A stretch of DNA of 64,000 bases from Callorhinchus milii (lineage: Eukaryota). The translations under genes were made by a program, and so were the position numbers. Position 1 is the stretch's first letter. Every line of letters begins with the position of its first letter. The stretch spans positions 93,808,001 through 93,872,000 of the forward strand of contig NW_024704743.1 of NCBI RefSeq assembly GCF_018977255.1. The letters are read 5' to 3'. A model generated the notes under the pieces. That model did no database searches. It was not told the origin of the DNA and saw only the letters and a program-made list of their open reading frames with translations. Positions 1 through 12,525 of the stretch are shown here, piece after piece.

Positions 1-51
1 CAGGGTCCTCTCACTTACGAGACGAATGCTCTAAACACTATGCTACAGGAC
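1..51 (-). mobile_element. tRNA-derived SINE head, cut by the window edge
   Basis: Reverse complement reads gtcctgtagcatagtgtttagagcattcgtctcgtaagtgagaggaccctg, a diverged match to the SINE head at 55159 and 27146. Confidence 0.75.
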
Positions 52-194
52 ATATTGCATGATTCCACCAGGTCTTAGGCTACTCTATTCTGTTCTGTAG
101 CTCAGCGTGCAACAGGAACGTGCCTGTGGAATAAAGTATTGAGTGAAAAACAAATGTGTTATGGAATATGTTGTAAAATCTATTGAGAAACATC

Positions 195-290
195 TTTTTT
201 GGAGGGATTATTACCCCCGGAAGGCGATCTGCCAATCAACTAACAACTGAGTTCCTACTTACTGCTGGGTAAACAGAGGTGTGTGGAGTA
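195..290 (-). mobile_element. Internal fragment of the long-form tRNA-Ala SINE
   Basis: Matches the reverse complement of about 27243-27365 (tactccacacgcctctgtttacc..gcagt..gatcgc.ttccgg..gtaataat). Confidence 0.75.
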
Positions 291-1454
291 AAGTACCATT
301 TATTCTTAAAGACTGGATGCTGATGTGATCAGTCGCTAAAAGTAGGTGGAAAACTGCATTGTTAGTTAATAGATTCTATAATTAATTCCAAACACATGAA
401 AATCTGTTGTGAAATATCACATGTTTCAACCTTACATTTTAATAGTAGGATGTAAAACTTTGTTCCTTGGGTTATCAGTGAGGGGCTGTACCAGATCCGT
501 GTCCTGGTATGGGAGTATAATTCAAAGTAATCTAGAGAAGAGAGGTTAGTGGTACCACTGGACCATTGTACTTATATATCATCCAGTCACAGCAATCTAG
601 TACAGTGTTTCTAAACACCTCAGTTAGGTAATCTGTAAAATCCTAAGGACATTTGAAAGTCAAAGCTTTTCAACCAATGTAACCAATGAGCCCAGGCTCT
701 GGCTATTTAACAAATGTGGCAACCAATATAACCTATTTTGTCCACAAAATGCACATAGTCATATCAATTTACAGAATACCCCATGAAGCACTTTGAGATG
801 TCTTGATGCTGTGATAAGGTGTTATATCAAATCCAAAGATTATTATATTATTATAACGTTTTAAACCTCTGCAATTCCTGATCAGAGATCAAATTCTGAT
901 TTCCTAGTTACCTCCATTTGAAAACTATTTTTACAGATTCTTAAATTGTTTCTCAGAGGACTGTCTCTAATCATTCCCAATGAACCACGTCATGAACAAG
1001 GTTGCATCCAATCCCTCTTCTGTGCATAGACCTGGAATTGACTGGCTCTTCCGATCACCTGGAATCACTCAGCAATTGGCTTAGCACAGCTGACCACATC
1101 TGGCCACCTGTCCTGCGTCCAAGTGGCCTGTCATTGTTATCTTGAACGCATTGCAAAGTGCAAGTCTTGGCTGTATGACAGGGCTAATTGAAGCATTTGC
1201 AGAAAACAAATTGATATATTGGACCTGTATCCTAACGACCAATCAAAATACAGTATTCATCTGGGCTCAAACAAACCAGATCATGTCCAATGTTGCAGAG
1301 CACCATGTTTCATCCAAGCACTGGCAATAACTCAGATCTCTAAACCAACGAAAGATGTGCTGCAGCACTGGATCTGTTACTGATGTAACCAAAAAGACTC
1401 ATGTTAACTCCAAGTCCAAATTTTGCTGCTGCAGCACAGTAATTCTGCAGTGCT

Positions 1455-2190
1455 CCAGCCAGCCTAAATCATCGGCAGGATTTGGCAGAGGACACCAGTC
1501 AATGGGAGCATAGATTCTTCCCACTCAGCTCATGCTAGCCCTGCAAGCCAAAGCCCTAACGGTTAGGGTGGTCCTAGCTGGACAAGCAGCAGGAAAGCTT
1601 GTTGGACAGCAATATCGATGACAAGCTTTGTGGTTTTAGCTGGTTAGACTTCAGCGGTTATCCAGTTGTGGAGCCCTGTATTCAGTAGTTAGAGCATTCG
1701 CCTTGCAGGCGAGAGACTTGGGTTCAATTCCCAGCAGGGCGAAACCTTTGGCAAGTTTCCTTACTCCACACGCCTGATAATAATTCCTCAAGAAAAAAAA
1801 ACACAATAATAATTTAGTCACCCAATTCACGACTGTTGTGAGACACTGCTGTGCACAATTGGCTGCCGCGTTTCGCCCACAAATATACTGTCAATTCACT
1901 TTACAGTATATTCTGTGAAGCGCTTTGAGACGCAATGCAAGGATTATTATATATATTATACCCAACGCACACTCTGGGGTTCCCAAGCCTTGGCTCTTGC
2001 CAAACTGCACGAATACTTTCCTGAATTAGGTAAGAAGGATGTGTCCCTCCAGGGAGAAAGTTTGCATTCCATTCCAACAATCTATCTCTGGGATTTCCAT
2101 GTGTAAGTGGGATGGAGGGAAGTCTCAACTTGATTTGGATACTCTTAAGCATGGTGATGGCTTTCCTCATGTGTCAGACACCCGGCTGAT
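1455..2190. repeat. Unclassified interspersed repeat, interrupted by the SINE at 1668-1950
   Basis: 1455-1665 plus 1960-1990 align with 38520-38545 plus 39065-39275. 2030-2190 aligns with the reverse complement of 41753-41900. Confidence 0.7.
1668..1950 (+). mobile_element. tRNA-Ala-derived SINE, full length, short form
   Basis: Pol III A box (degenerate) and B box ggttcaattcc, TGC anticodon (ccttgca), Deu-like tgctgtgcacaattggctgccgcgtttc, L2-like tail ending in (TTA)n. Confidence 0.92.
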
Positions 2191-3670
2191 CAAACAAAAA
2201 ATTGTTTTCTAACAATTCACTGTAATCCTACTTCACTGCAGCTGCCCCACCTGCACCCTGTTAAGTTACCCGTGTGTTACTGCACAACCAAGTTCACATC
2301 TACTGACAAAGTTTTTGGTTCTTCATGATACTTTGACATTTGTTATATGATCTGCCTAGCTTGTGTTCAGCATCCTACATAGGGACCTGCTGTTAAATCA
2401 ACACAGTCTCTCATCCTCTTTTCCTGTATATTTCTCTTGTTCTTCCTGCAATACTCTTGCTGTTCTTTGGCAAGTCCAAAAAAAATGTGCAATAAATAAG
2501 GCTGATCCTATCAAATTGCAAAGTCTGGGCCTTAGACTGCAATTTCTAAAGAAATCAAAATAGTTCTAAAATATTACACAGTCCAATAAATAATAGTTCA
2601 TTATATTAAAACTTTTTTTTAAAAAAGTTTCTCTAATCCAGGGTTCAAACACTGAGTTGAGACATCAATCATAATCAGAGAAGTGATGAAAAATATTTCA
2701 CATGTATCAAAATATGAAACAATGATACTGTAAAATGTGGTCATTTTTTAGACGTCTGTGAATCATCCGCAGGGATATTTCCAACCTCCGCAGCCAGCTA
2801 AGGACTAAGCAGTTAGTCAGATAATAAACTGGACAGTGCAGAACAAAACCCACATCAAAGCTCCAGCATGGATGGCGTGGGAGACAGGGAAGAGAAAAGT
2901 GCAGCAAGCTCTGTGAGTCAGTCAGACAAGTTCCATTGGGGAAATGCACAGGAAACTCTGCAAAGCAAGGAAGGACACTGCCCTGGCTGTTCCGCTGGCA
3001 CTTCTGTTCCTCTTACTTCACATTTAGAAAAAAAAGTGTTATTTCAGTTGTATTTAATTGATCCTGTTTTTAATGGCTGTTGCATTTGTTGTTTACCGCT
3101 ATGCAGGAGAAATATTTTTATATGCATTGGAGCATTGGGAGCACTCCTATTAACACAGCTAGTCTGCCAGCCAAATACATGAGATCTTAAACTCCACGTC
3201 CTGTTACTAAAAACAAAAGAAATTCAGAAGAGAAACAGATGTAAAGGAAAGTCAAAGTGAAAACAGAATGTAAAAGGGTACAAATGTGTGAAGGGATTAA
3301 TTAAGCACTTAAAGTGTTACATGTAGCATTTGTTGTGGTAACCATATGGAGCACAGAGTAAAATTAAAGGATTAACTAATTGGTGTAGGCAATTGACATG
3401 TTGGTGATTTTGCAAGGTTTATGAAGGGATGCATACTTTGTCCTGTGAACAATATAATTCAGATTAGATGAGCTTTAGTTAATGTATTTTAACATAGAAA
3501 AATGTGACACATTAAGTAAATTCTATCACTGGTATTCAACAGGGCATATTACTGTACAGAGAAAATAAAAGGAAATTGATTTGGAATTCTATGATGAATT
3601 GGACAATAATAATAACAGCATTGATGTAATGATAACAAATGTACAATTAATTTGCTGCTTATAATTTTAA

Positions 3671-3907
3671 GGAGATATTCCACCTAGATCTCGATTTACT
3701 CTGTTTAAGTAGCATTTTAGAGTTTCCAGAATTTGGCAAATTCTTAAAATGCAAACTTCACTTTGAAACTGGTCTTCTATAAAACCTTTTACAAACTTAC
3801 AGAAAAACGACTTCAAAGTTAGGACTGAATTCAACAATTTGCCAAATTCTGAACATTCTAAAATGTTACATAAATGGAATACATCTAGACCCAGATGGAA
3901 TTTCTCC
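3671..3907. mobile_element. Palindromic MITE-like element
   Basis: Left arm ggagatattccacctagatctcgat..cattttagagtttccagaatttggcaaatt matches the reverse complement of the right arm ggagaaattccatctgggtctagat..cattttagaatgttcagaatttggcaaatt. Confidence 0.75.
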
Positions 3908-6473
3908 CCCCAAATTTCCTGAAACCTGTGTCACATATTTTGCAAACCAAACGTCCATTTTAGACCTATCTTAACCCTAACATGAACCCATACACTAAAC
4001 TTTCAAGGAAAGGATTGCTCGCTTCACAAACCCAACACACATTAAACTTAAATGATGATATTACGTTGTATTTTGACTACCAACCGATAGCCTTGGATCA
4101 CATTAATACAGTATTTCAGCCTTTTAATATCAAGAGACTTTTAAAATCACTTTTATTATCATGTGAGTTTGATCGCAATATTGATCCCCTCTCATTGCCT
4201 ACAAGGAGCAGTTACAACAAATAAGATGCAGATAATGCAGAGATGTCAGCCAGAAATAATTACGTGTTACAGCTAAAAGGTTCTGAACTGTCCCTTTATG
4301 TTTCAGTAAGAATTAATCCAATAAATGCAGTATTAAGTAGAAAATGTTCTTTCTGTATGATGTGATCTTCATCAATGGCAATATGAAATATAACATCACA
4401 TTTGAATGTCACTGCTAGCTCCAAAGTGAACTTTAACACACATGTGACCATATTGGGTTGCCAACATTAACAATATTATTAGATTTACCGTAAGAATGTC
4501 AACAGTGCACACTTTCAATTCAGATCTGTCAGGAAAAATGCATCAGTTCCCATATGTATAAAACAATAGTGTTGATCTCTCCTTCTTCCTCCTTAACACA
4601 CTGCAGACATCCCTGCAAAAAAAACTTTAAGCAATTAAGAGAACTGTGGCACTTGGCATTATTGTACAGATTTGATTTTTTTTCATTATGATTGTAAAGC
4701 GCAGCTTTACTTAGGCCAAGAAAGAGCATGTACACTTCAGTTTCAGACAGCACTGAGAGAGAGTCCTTAAGGGATGACTATGAAGGTAGGAGGCTGTAGA
4801 AACAGTGAAAAGGGAGCACAGAGCCAAGAACCAGAAACAACCGAGTCATTCAACAAATCAGAGATGTTTAAAGTCAGTACACCACTAACAAGCCCCTCAC
4901 ATCCCCATGGTAGGCAAAAGCTCCACACAGAGCCCTGTGAAGGTTTTTTTTTCGCAATCCACCGCCTATCTATTATAATTGTTTCCAGATTTGTGTGGGA
5001 GGTCAGGGCCCTGGAGTGCTGCTCCATGCCAAGTTTATAAACACAGCAGTATTTCCAGATGGTCACTGGCTCCAGACTGGCTAGCAGGTTGATTGGGACC
5101 AGAATAACAACAGGTGGAGAACAGACAATGAATTCCTTGACACTCTTTCCTCATCCAACCCCCACCCCACTCCTCCTCCTCCTCCTCCTCTCTCCCCCTC
5201 CCACAGCCCAACGCCCACCAACCTACCTCCAAAATGGTTTGTTTTTCTAAAATAAGATTAATCTGGCAAGTCCCACTGTAGTTACAGATGCGGAGATTGA
5301 TTTTTTTGCAGAAATGTAAAAATGCCAGCACAGAGGAGGTGAGAAATACTGTGTGGAAATGTTGAATAAGCCAAATAAAAAAAGTGCCCACGTTTGTATG
5401 TATTGAACAGAATCAGGCTTTACGTTTTACAATTGATACTTTCTGCCCACCCACCACCACCACCCTATTTTGGTATGTAACAACATTAACAGTTATGATA
5501 TTATATAGAATGCAAGGGTTATTATTATAGTTAAGAAGAAAGGTATTTATAAAAACACAACTCCTTTAATCCATCAATGACAAGTTTGTTTTAAGTTCAG
5601 ACAGTGTTGCTGAACAAGCTTCCTTTAATTTCAGAGATGAATTCAGTCATTTGGTAAATGCAACAATAAATTCTGCTCATGTCTGCCAGTGTCAGTTCAG
5701 GACTACAAGTGATTTACTCCGGAAGTCCAAAAAAATGAGAGGGGGAGTTAAGTAGATAAATACTGTACTCCACTGTTATAGAATACATACAGGGAAAAAA
5801 CATTTGCAATATAAGATTTGTATTCTCCAAGACCTTCAAGATCTTTTACCACATGTTGGGAGACAAACTTCTTGGGGGTTGATTCAGAAAGTACTATTAA
5901 TAAAAAAAATCTGTGCATCCTGTTTACTTTACTGTGGAAGAGTTCAGTGCAGTTGCTTTCAGTGAGGTTTTTGAAGAGCTGACAGCAGCAATTCCGCTGC
6001 TCTTTTCAGTGTGGAATGCAGTTTATACTGAATGTGGCTTTTCTTCCCAAACATTGATAAAATGTGCTTAAATTGTTAGAGGAAATTCAAATTTGATAGA
6101 AGTAGAATAACCAAACTTTTAAAATATTTCTTGTACTAATTTCTACTCCCACAAATATATAGTTCCTCCACATTAAGGTAAATCCTGTGAAGTGCTTTGA
6201 GACGTCCTCCTGACGTGAAAGACATACCCAGAGATAATGGCCAGTGCATTACGTGTGTAACAGTGGCTGCAAACTCAATGGAGCTACCTTCAAGCTATCA
6301 TTAATTTTACAGCATGACTTGCCCATTATGACCACCTCTTTGAAGGAACATGTCTCACTGTAGAATATAATTCATTTTTATATGCATTTTTCTTTTATTT
6401 TGCCCTAGTCAAAGCCGCTCATCTGCACACATCCAAGGGCAGTTTTAGTGATCGAAATATGAGGAACCCTAAA

Positions 6474-6665
6474 TAATAATAAGAATAATCCGTGCATTTG
6501 ATGTAGCACTTTTCACATCTACTAGACGTCACAAAGTGCTTCCCAGAATATACTGTAAAATAGAATTGACTGTATATTTGTGGGCAAAACACGGCAGCAA
6601 ATTGCACACAGCAGTGTCCCACAAACAGTCGTGGATTGAGTGATCAAATTATTATTTATTTTATT
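6474..6665 (-). mobile_element. 5'-truncated tRNA-Ala SINE (Deu-like body and tail)
   Basis: Reverse complement of the SINE 3' half, with (TTA)n tail. Confidence 0.85.
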
Positions 6666-7144
6666 AAATGTCTGGATATTGAGGCAATTATCAAAATGTT
6701 GAACATTACTGCACAAATGTACAGGGTAGTCATAGGTTGAGGAGTCTCAAAGGTGTAATATGCTTACTGCTGAAAAATAAGCATTTATTCAAATATACTC
6801 ATAGAATACTGCTGCCAATTTTGGCATATGTAATAATTCCAATGGGGATTTAGACATGCTCCCCACTAAGGTCAACAGATTCACCAGCGAATGGAGAATC
6901 GTTCCCCTGCATACATAAACACGGACACACCTCCCCCATCCTACACACTCCTCCATCCCCACCCTCTTCTCTCCCAAGTCCCCTTCCCCACTTAGAGCAT
7001 CAGAGTGTAGTTCATTGCTCATTGCAAACTGGACAGAACTTTATCTTTTCTATCAGGTTTACCAACCTTGTTACTACAGAGTTTGTAAGCATAAATACAT
7101 TTCCAATGTAGTATACACTGGCCAGACTCATTTTATTCCCATTT

Positions 7145-7350
7145 TCCTGCTTGTTGGCCTCCCCACCCCTTTGCAAACTCTGCAGCCTGTATCCACTCCT
7201 GCAATCCCATCCTTGCCAGATTTCACTGGCTTCCAAATCCCCCAGCAGATCGACTTTAAGATTGCCATTCTCATCTTGAAATGCCTCAATGGCCTTGCAA
7301 CACCTTATCTCTACGATTGCCTGTGACCCTACTCCCACATCGTGCCTGTG
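7145..7350 (+). mobile_element. L2 LINE ORF2 C-terminal fragment, decayed
   Basis: Encodes IPQQIDFKIAILILKCLNGLATPYL, the L2 'RIxFKIL..LHGLAPxYL' motif. Confidence 0.8.
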
Positions 7351-7356
7351 CTGGCT

Positions 7357-7465
7357 CTTTGAAAGACCTATCCAACTAGTCCCGCTCCCCCGCTCTTACC
7401 TTGTAGCCCTGCAAATTTTTCCATTTCAAGGACATATCCAATTCCCTTTTGAAAACTACTATTCC
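7357..7465 (-). mobile_element. CR1 LINE 3' fragment
   Basis: Similar to 55488-55590 (ctttgaaaga.ctatccaa..tgcaaattt..tatcca). Confidence 0.65.
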
Positions 7466-9228
7466 TGTGAACTTATTTCTGTGATGTTTTAGCAATAAAA
7501 TATGGGTCCAAAACACAAGTCAGTACAATTCAGCAACGATTTAAAAATAGAGTTTGCATATTAGACTGTCAAAACTGGTGATGTTTTGGGGAACTGGCAA
7601 TGTAGAAGCCTGTCTGCCTGCGGGTCTGGGGAGAGTAGGTCCAGCGAGAACAGAACTAGGGGAGAACAGGCCTGGGATTCATGAGAACCTGATTTAGGGG
7701 GAGAAGCAGTGGGTGAGAGCAAGGTATAGAGGAGGTGCAGAACACGGACCATCAATCCATATGTGTGCATTGCTGGGTTCTGTTAGAGCTCGTGAGTGCT
7801 GTCTGTACATGCCAGAGGTGCTGGAAGCCCACTGACACCTTCCCCCAGTGCTAATATACATTTTATATCTAAACCATGACCATCTCCACACATTGAATTC
7901 TGTATGATTGTTTTACAATACAATGCAGAGAAAATGATTCATTATTATCTCTATAAATATATATATAGTTAAGCGTTTTTATAACCTTAAACTTTTGAGT
8001 AATTCAATTATGCTTTTAAAATATGCTCTGCAGGGACACTGTAAGATCCAGGTATCTGCCTGCCATCCATTTCAGTGGGAAAGAGAGCAATTCCGTTCCT
8101 AAGTGTAGTTGCTGCCAGCTGCTAATAATTTCACAAGGGTTTTGCAATACAGACTGACTGGGGCCAGATTATTCTGTAGAGTTGCTTAGAACTGCACTTT
8201 GCCAACAGCAACCTACATTTAGCAGCAGACTTTAGATTTTAAGAACTGGTGGGGCTGATTTTCCAAGTTGCTTTCACATTGTGCTAGACCCATTGGAGAA
8301 AGTATGATTTGTTAGTGGGGGGATGGGATTGGAAGAGAGGCAATTCAAATGGTTTATGAGACTTTTTAACCTGGGGTACACAGCATGAAAGCAGCCCAGA
8401 TTGATGGGATTAGTACCCTCACTCAAATAGGCTGTGAGGGGACCTATTTTCTCAATCCAGATTTTGATGGGCACAAGCCAGCACAAATTTGCTCCAAACT
8501 TGGCAGGCTCACTTGGAGATCAGAAAATGTTGAACTAGTACAGCATTGTGTTCAGGCCGCAGTGTGGTCTCATTTAACCAAATTCATCAAGAGAATGCAA
8601 TGAGAAAAGCCGTACAGCTTCACCCATATATTTCACGTCCTCCAACATTTATGTGATTTCTTTATGCTGGGGTCTAAATTGTGGTCATTTCTAACCGGAT
8701 TTCATAATAATGAAATGGTTCAGAAGTATATGCCAATCTGCAGGAAATCTGCTGTCACACAATTTATTTCTGGAGTGTAATTCCCACTGGTTGTGGTGAA
8801 ATTGCCTCAATTTACCAGAAAGCGTACCCATTTGTGATTTGGAGTTTTATTAAAGAATCCCATTAGAAACTGCTACCGTTTAAAGCTTACTGTCTCAGTA
8901 CTTTATTCTCAAACTTCAGTGTTTGAGAAGAACAAATCATTTCTGGACCTGTTTCTTCCTGGGGCGGGTCCCGATTCTTATTTTGAATTCATGCAGTCCC
9001 GCAGAGAAAAAGAATGCAATCCTATATATCTCCCAAGTTTGGTCGAGTAGTGTCATTCACCAGAGGATCAGGCTCAATATTAAACTTAAAGGTCAAGGTG
9101 AATGTTAGCCTCTTTTTAATGGTCTTTGTAGCAAAATGTTGCAAGATAATTTTATAGAGCAATGCTGCAACTAACTCGTAAGCAAGTGCACCAACACCAG
9201 CACTTGACCAACAACAGAGTCTATGTAA

Positions 9229-9898
9229 ACAAAGCGCAAAATACTGCAGATGCTGGAAATCTGGAAACAAAAACAGAAGTCACTGGGAACACTCAGCAGG
9301 TCAGGCAGCATCTATGAAGAAAGGAAAGTGAGTCAACATTTCAAATCCACGAACCTTCATCAGAACTGGGGCATGTTGGGAGCTTTTAAGGTCTAACAGA
9401 GAAGGGGGAGAAGGCAAATGAGAAAATGGGGTAGAGGATAGTGGATGACGGGTTAAAGAAGTGTTAATAATGCAAAACAAAGGGGGGGAAAATTGCAACA
9501 AAATAGGCAGACCAGAGGGAGAAAATGTGTGTCTGGGACCAGATGATGTGGTCATGGTCACAGAAGACAAGGAGGGGGAAAGTGAGCTGTTATGGTCGGA
9601 AATTGTTGAAATCAATATTGAGGCCAGAGGACTGTAAGGTTCCTGGATACATTGACGACTGTGTTGGGGCTGGTTACTGCTCTCTCAGTGAGTTGGAAAA
9701 ATTCACCTATTTCGCTTCCACTTTCCATCCCTCCATAACATTCACGTGGTCCATCTCCGACTCGTCCCTTCCCTTCCTCGACGTCACCATTTCCATCTCC
9801 GGGCTTAGATTATCAACATATATCTTTTATAAGCTCATTTTAAAAGCCTTTCCCTCCCAACATGCCCCAGTTCTGACGAAGGGTCATGGAACCGAAAC
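9229..9898. mobile_element. Rearranged Penelope-like retroelement: ORF C-terminus and pseudo-LTR on the - strand, RT fragment and partial pseudo-LTR on the + strand
   Basis: + 9642-9833 encodes GYIDDCVG..FHPSITFTWSISDSSLPFLDVTISISG..YK, a Penelope-type RT. - 9637-9590 encodes LQSSGLNIDFNNFRP*, a Penelope-type C-terminus. Hammerhead-like CTGANGA..GAAA motifs occur at both ends. Confidence 0.88.
9873..9898 (+). ncRNA. Degenerate minimal hammerhead ribozyme core of Penelope type
   Basis: CTGACGA-agggtc-atg-gaacc-GAAAC. Stem II has one mismatch and the downstream helices are not clearly intact. Confidence 0.55.
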
Positions 9899-11814
9899 AG
9901 AGTCCATGTATTCTGATTGTTCTTCTCTCGTTGAGGAACAGGGCAATAAGCCAGAGAACATTGCTGCCCTGGGGTCTCATTTACGCTATTTGCAAAAAAG
10001 GGGTAGGAAGAGCCAATTGTGATTTTGTATCATTTGCAATATTCGCCAAATGTTAATTGTGATTTCTGAAGGCCGCCAAAGTGCAAAGAAAACGTTCAGT
10101 GAGCGACACATTATTCCCACACATAAGTCACTGGACAATGATCAGGAATAGGAACATTGGCTGGTTTTCTAAACGCCTCCCATTCAAGGAGCCTTCAGTG
10201 TTCTAACTGTGAATTCAGCACTAGCCAGGGATGAAACTCGAATGTCTTGGTTCTAGTTGCCACAGAACTAGACATGTGGTTTACACATTGAGCCACTGCA
10301 GGAACCCAGAGGGTCACATTTGAGCAAAAGTAGCCTAAGTGCTGCATTAATGCATTCGAACAACACAAAGTGCCTGCTATACCAACACTTTCAGCAGCAA
10401 CCCATTCGTGAATGAGTTAAATTATATTAAACTGCCATCAAAATAACTCTATCTAAATAAGAAGGGTTGTTCAGCCACACACTGCTTTTTGCCGGTAAAC
10501 CTTTTGATAGTTTCTTTCCCATTGCATATGAACGACAGTGCAAGAATATTTTTTTCAAAAGGCCAAGCTTCCCCCTCACTCTCATCTCCCCAGAGTTTAA
10601 ACAGCACACAACAAGAAAACCCCAAAGTTTAATTCTAGAAGAACAAAATTTCCTTTTGAAGTCTCTGGAGCACAGTTACTTACGATGTGCCACTGGCATG
10701 GTGATGTCATAAACACGCCAGCCACAGCCACTTTCCAGACAGCTGAGATCTTTTCTGGAGATCTGAGTGCAGCCTTGTTAGACTAACACAATACAGACAC
10801 TGTAGCGAAATGATTTACTCAGTCAGTGCAGGCCCTAACTTTGCTTCTAACAATACTTTAATGTTTTTAAAACATGCAAGGATGTCATGCTTCACAACTG
10901 GCCAAGAAAAGGTGACTGCACCCACTCGATCAGCTTGTGTTTACATAAGGGGATGGGGAGAGTCTGTTTTCAGTGGCTGCTGTCTATTCTGATGGCCCTG
11001 GCCAAGACTGGCCTCTATTTCCGGGTAAGTTTACTCCACTCCAGATGTGCCTCGGCTCCAGTGTGGCTGCCTCACACAGCAAATCGGCATCTAAGGACTC
11101 GTCAATCTGTGGGGTAGCATGCCACTGTGTCGTCAACCTGAGCTACTGATCCAATGAGAAATTTATACTGTCGACCTGGGATGAGGAGCTAGGAAGGGGG
11201 TGACCTGAATCACTGGAAATGACTTTGGCTGTTTTACAATAGCCACTGTTCTTAGTAGGCATTCAAGTGTTTTGCTTTCTTCAATTAAACACAACAGTGG
11301 TGGAATTGCCTTCTTTAAATTGTGGCTGGAAATTTAGATCTGTTCAAAAAAATAAAGCTGCTTTATATCAAGGGGCTCTGTGTGAAGCTGCATTTCAATT
11401 CTGTTCCTATTTTAGCTCTGAGTTTTAAAAAATACTCCCACTTCCTGGTGCCTGAACCCTGCTCAGAAACAAAGGTACAGGAACTAAGCTGATGAGAGCA
11501 TCCTTATCCAAGCTTTTATCAGACTTCTGTTCTGCCAGACACCACGCTATGTGCATAGTGGGCAGGGAACGTGATGTCAGTGAATAATTGGGTTGGGGCA
11601 TAGGTAAGTCCGTTCACTCATAACAAAAGCAACTCAAATAAACTTCACTGTTATAGAACCTCACCATTTTATTGACAATCCCTGAAAACTCAGATACTTT
11701 AAGGGATTGGAAGGATTTACTCCATTAGGCTAACTCTCAGGATTGGACTAACTCCATTAGACTCACTCTTAAGATAGGAACGACTTCAGCAAGGCTCTAT
11801 CCGAAGCTAGACTA

Positions 11815-12525
11815 CAACAACAACAACAAAAAAATTACATTTGTATAGCGCCTTTCACGTCAGGAGGATGTCCCAAGGCGCTGGACAATCAGTGTTTTGG
11901 ATCTGAGCTCGGGGTCGGAATCAGGGAGGGTGGAGGACGGGGGGAAGGAGGGTAACCAAATGCACGGTCGAAGAGCAAGGTCTTGAGACGGGTCTTGAAA
12001 GAGGCAAGCGAGGGGGCGAGACGGAGGGACTGTGGGATGGAGTTCCAGAGAGTGGGGGCAGAGCGGCAAAAGGCCCACATGCCAATGGTTGGGGGCGGGC
12101 GAGGCGGGAGACATGAAGCAGGCTGGACCCGCTGAGCAGAGGGAGCAGGCAGGTTACTAGAGTGTTAGAAGGTCGCAGAGGTAGGGGGGAGCAAGGCCAT
12201 GGAGGGCTTTAAAGGTGAGGACCAGGATCTTGAACTGCATCCTCTGTGTGATGGGAAGTCAGTGGAGTTCGGCGAGGATGGGGATGATAGGGTCACGAAG
12301 CCTGGTGCGGAAGAGGACATGGGCTGCAGAGTTCTGGATTATCTGCAGCCGATGGAGGGAGGAGTTGGGGAGGCCAACAAGCAGGGAGTTTGCGTAATGG
12401 AGCCTGGATGTTATGAATGCATGTATGAGGGTCTCAGCGGCCTGCGGTGTGAGACAGTAGCGGAGCCGGGCAATGCTTCGGAGAGGGGGGAATGCAGAGC
12501 GGGACATAGCACGGATGTGGGGTAG
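11815..12525 (-). mobile_element. L2 LINE 3' fragment
   Basis: Encodes LTPQAAETLIHAFITSRLHYANSLLVGLP..LQIIQNSAA and APTLWNSIP..FKTRLKT; (TTG)n tail. Confidence 0.93.

Noticed and set aside
9525..10022. YIDD-containing ORF as a novel RT system
   Set aside because: Only about 65 codons are RT-like, and they sit in a broken Penelope-like element. The rest is read-through of flanking DNA.
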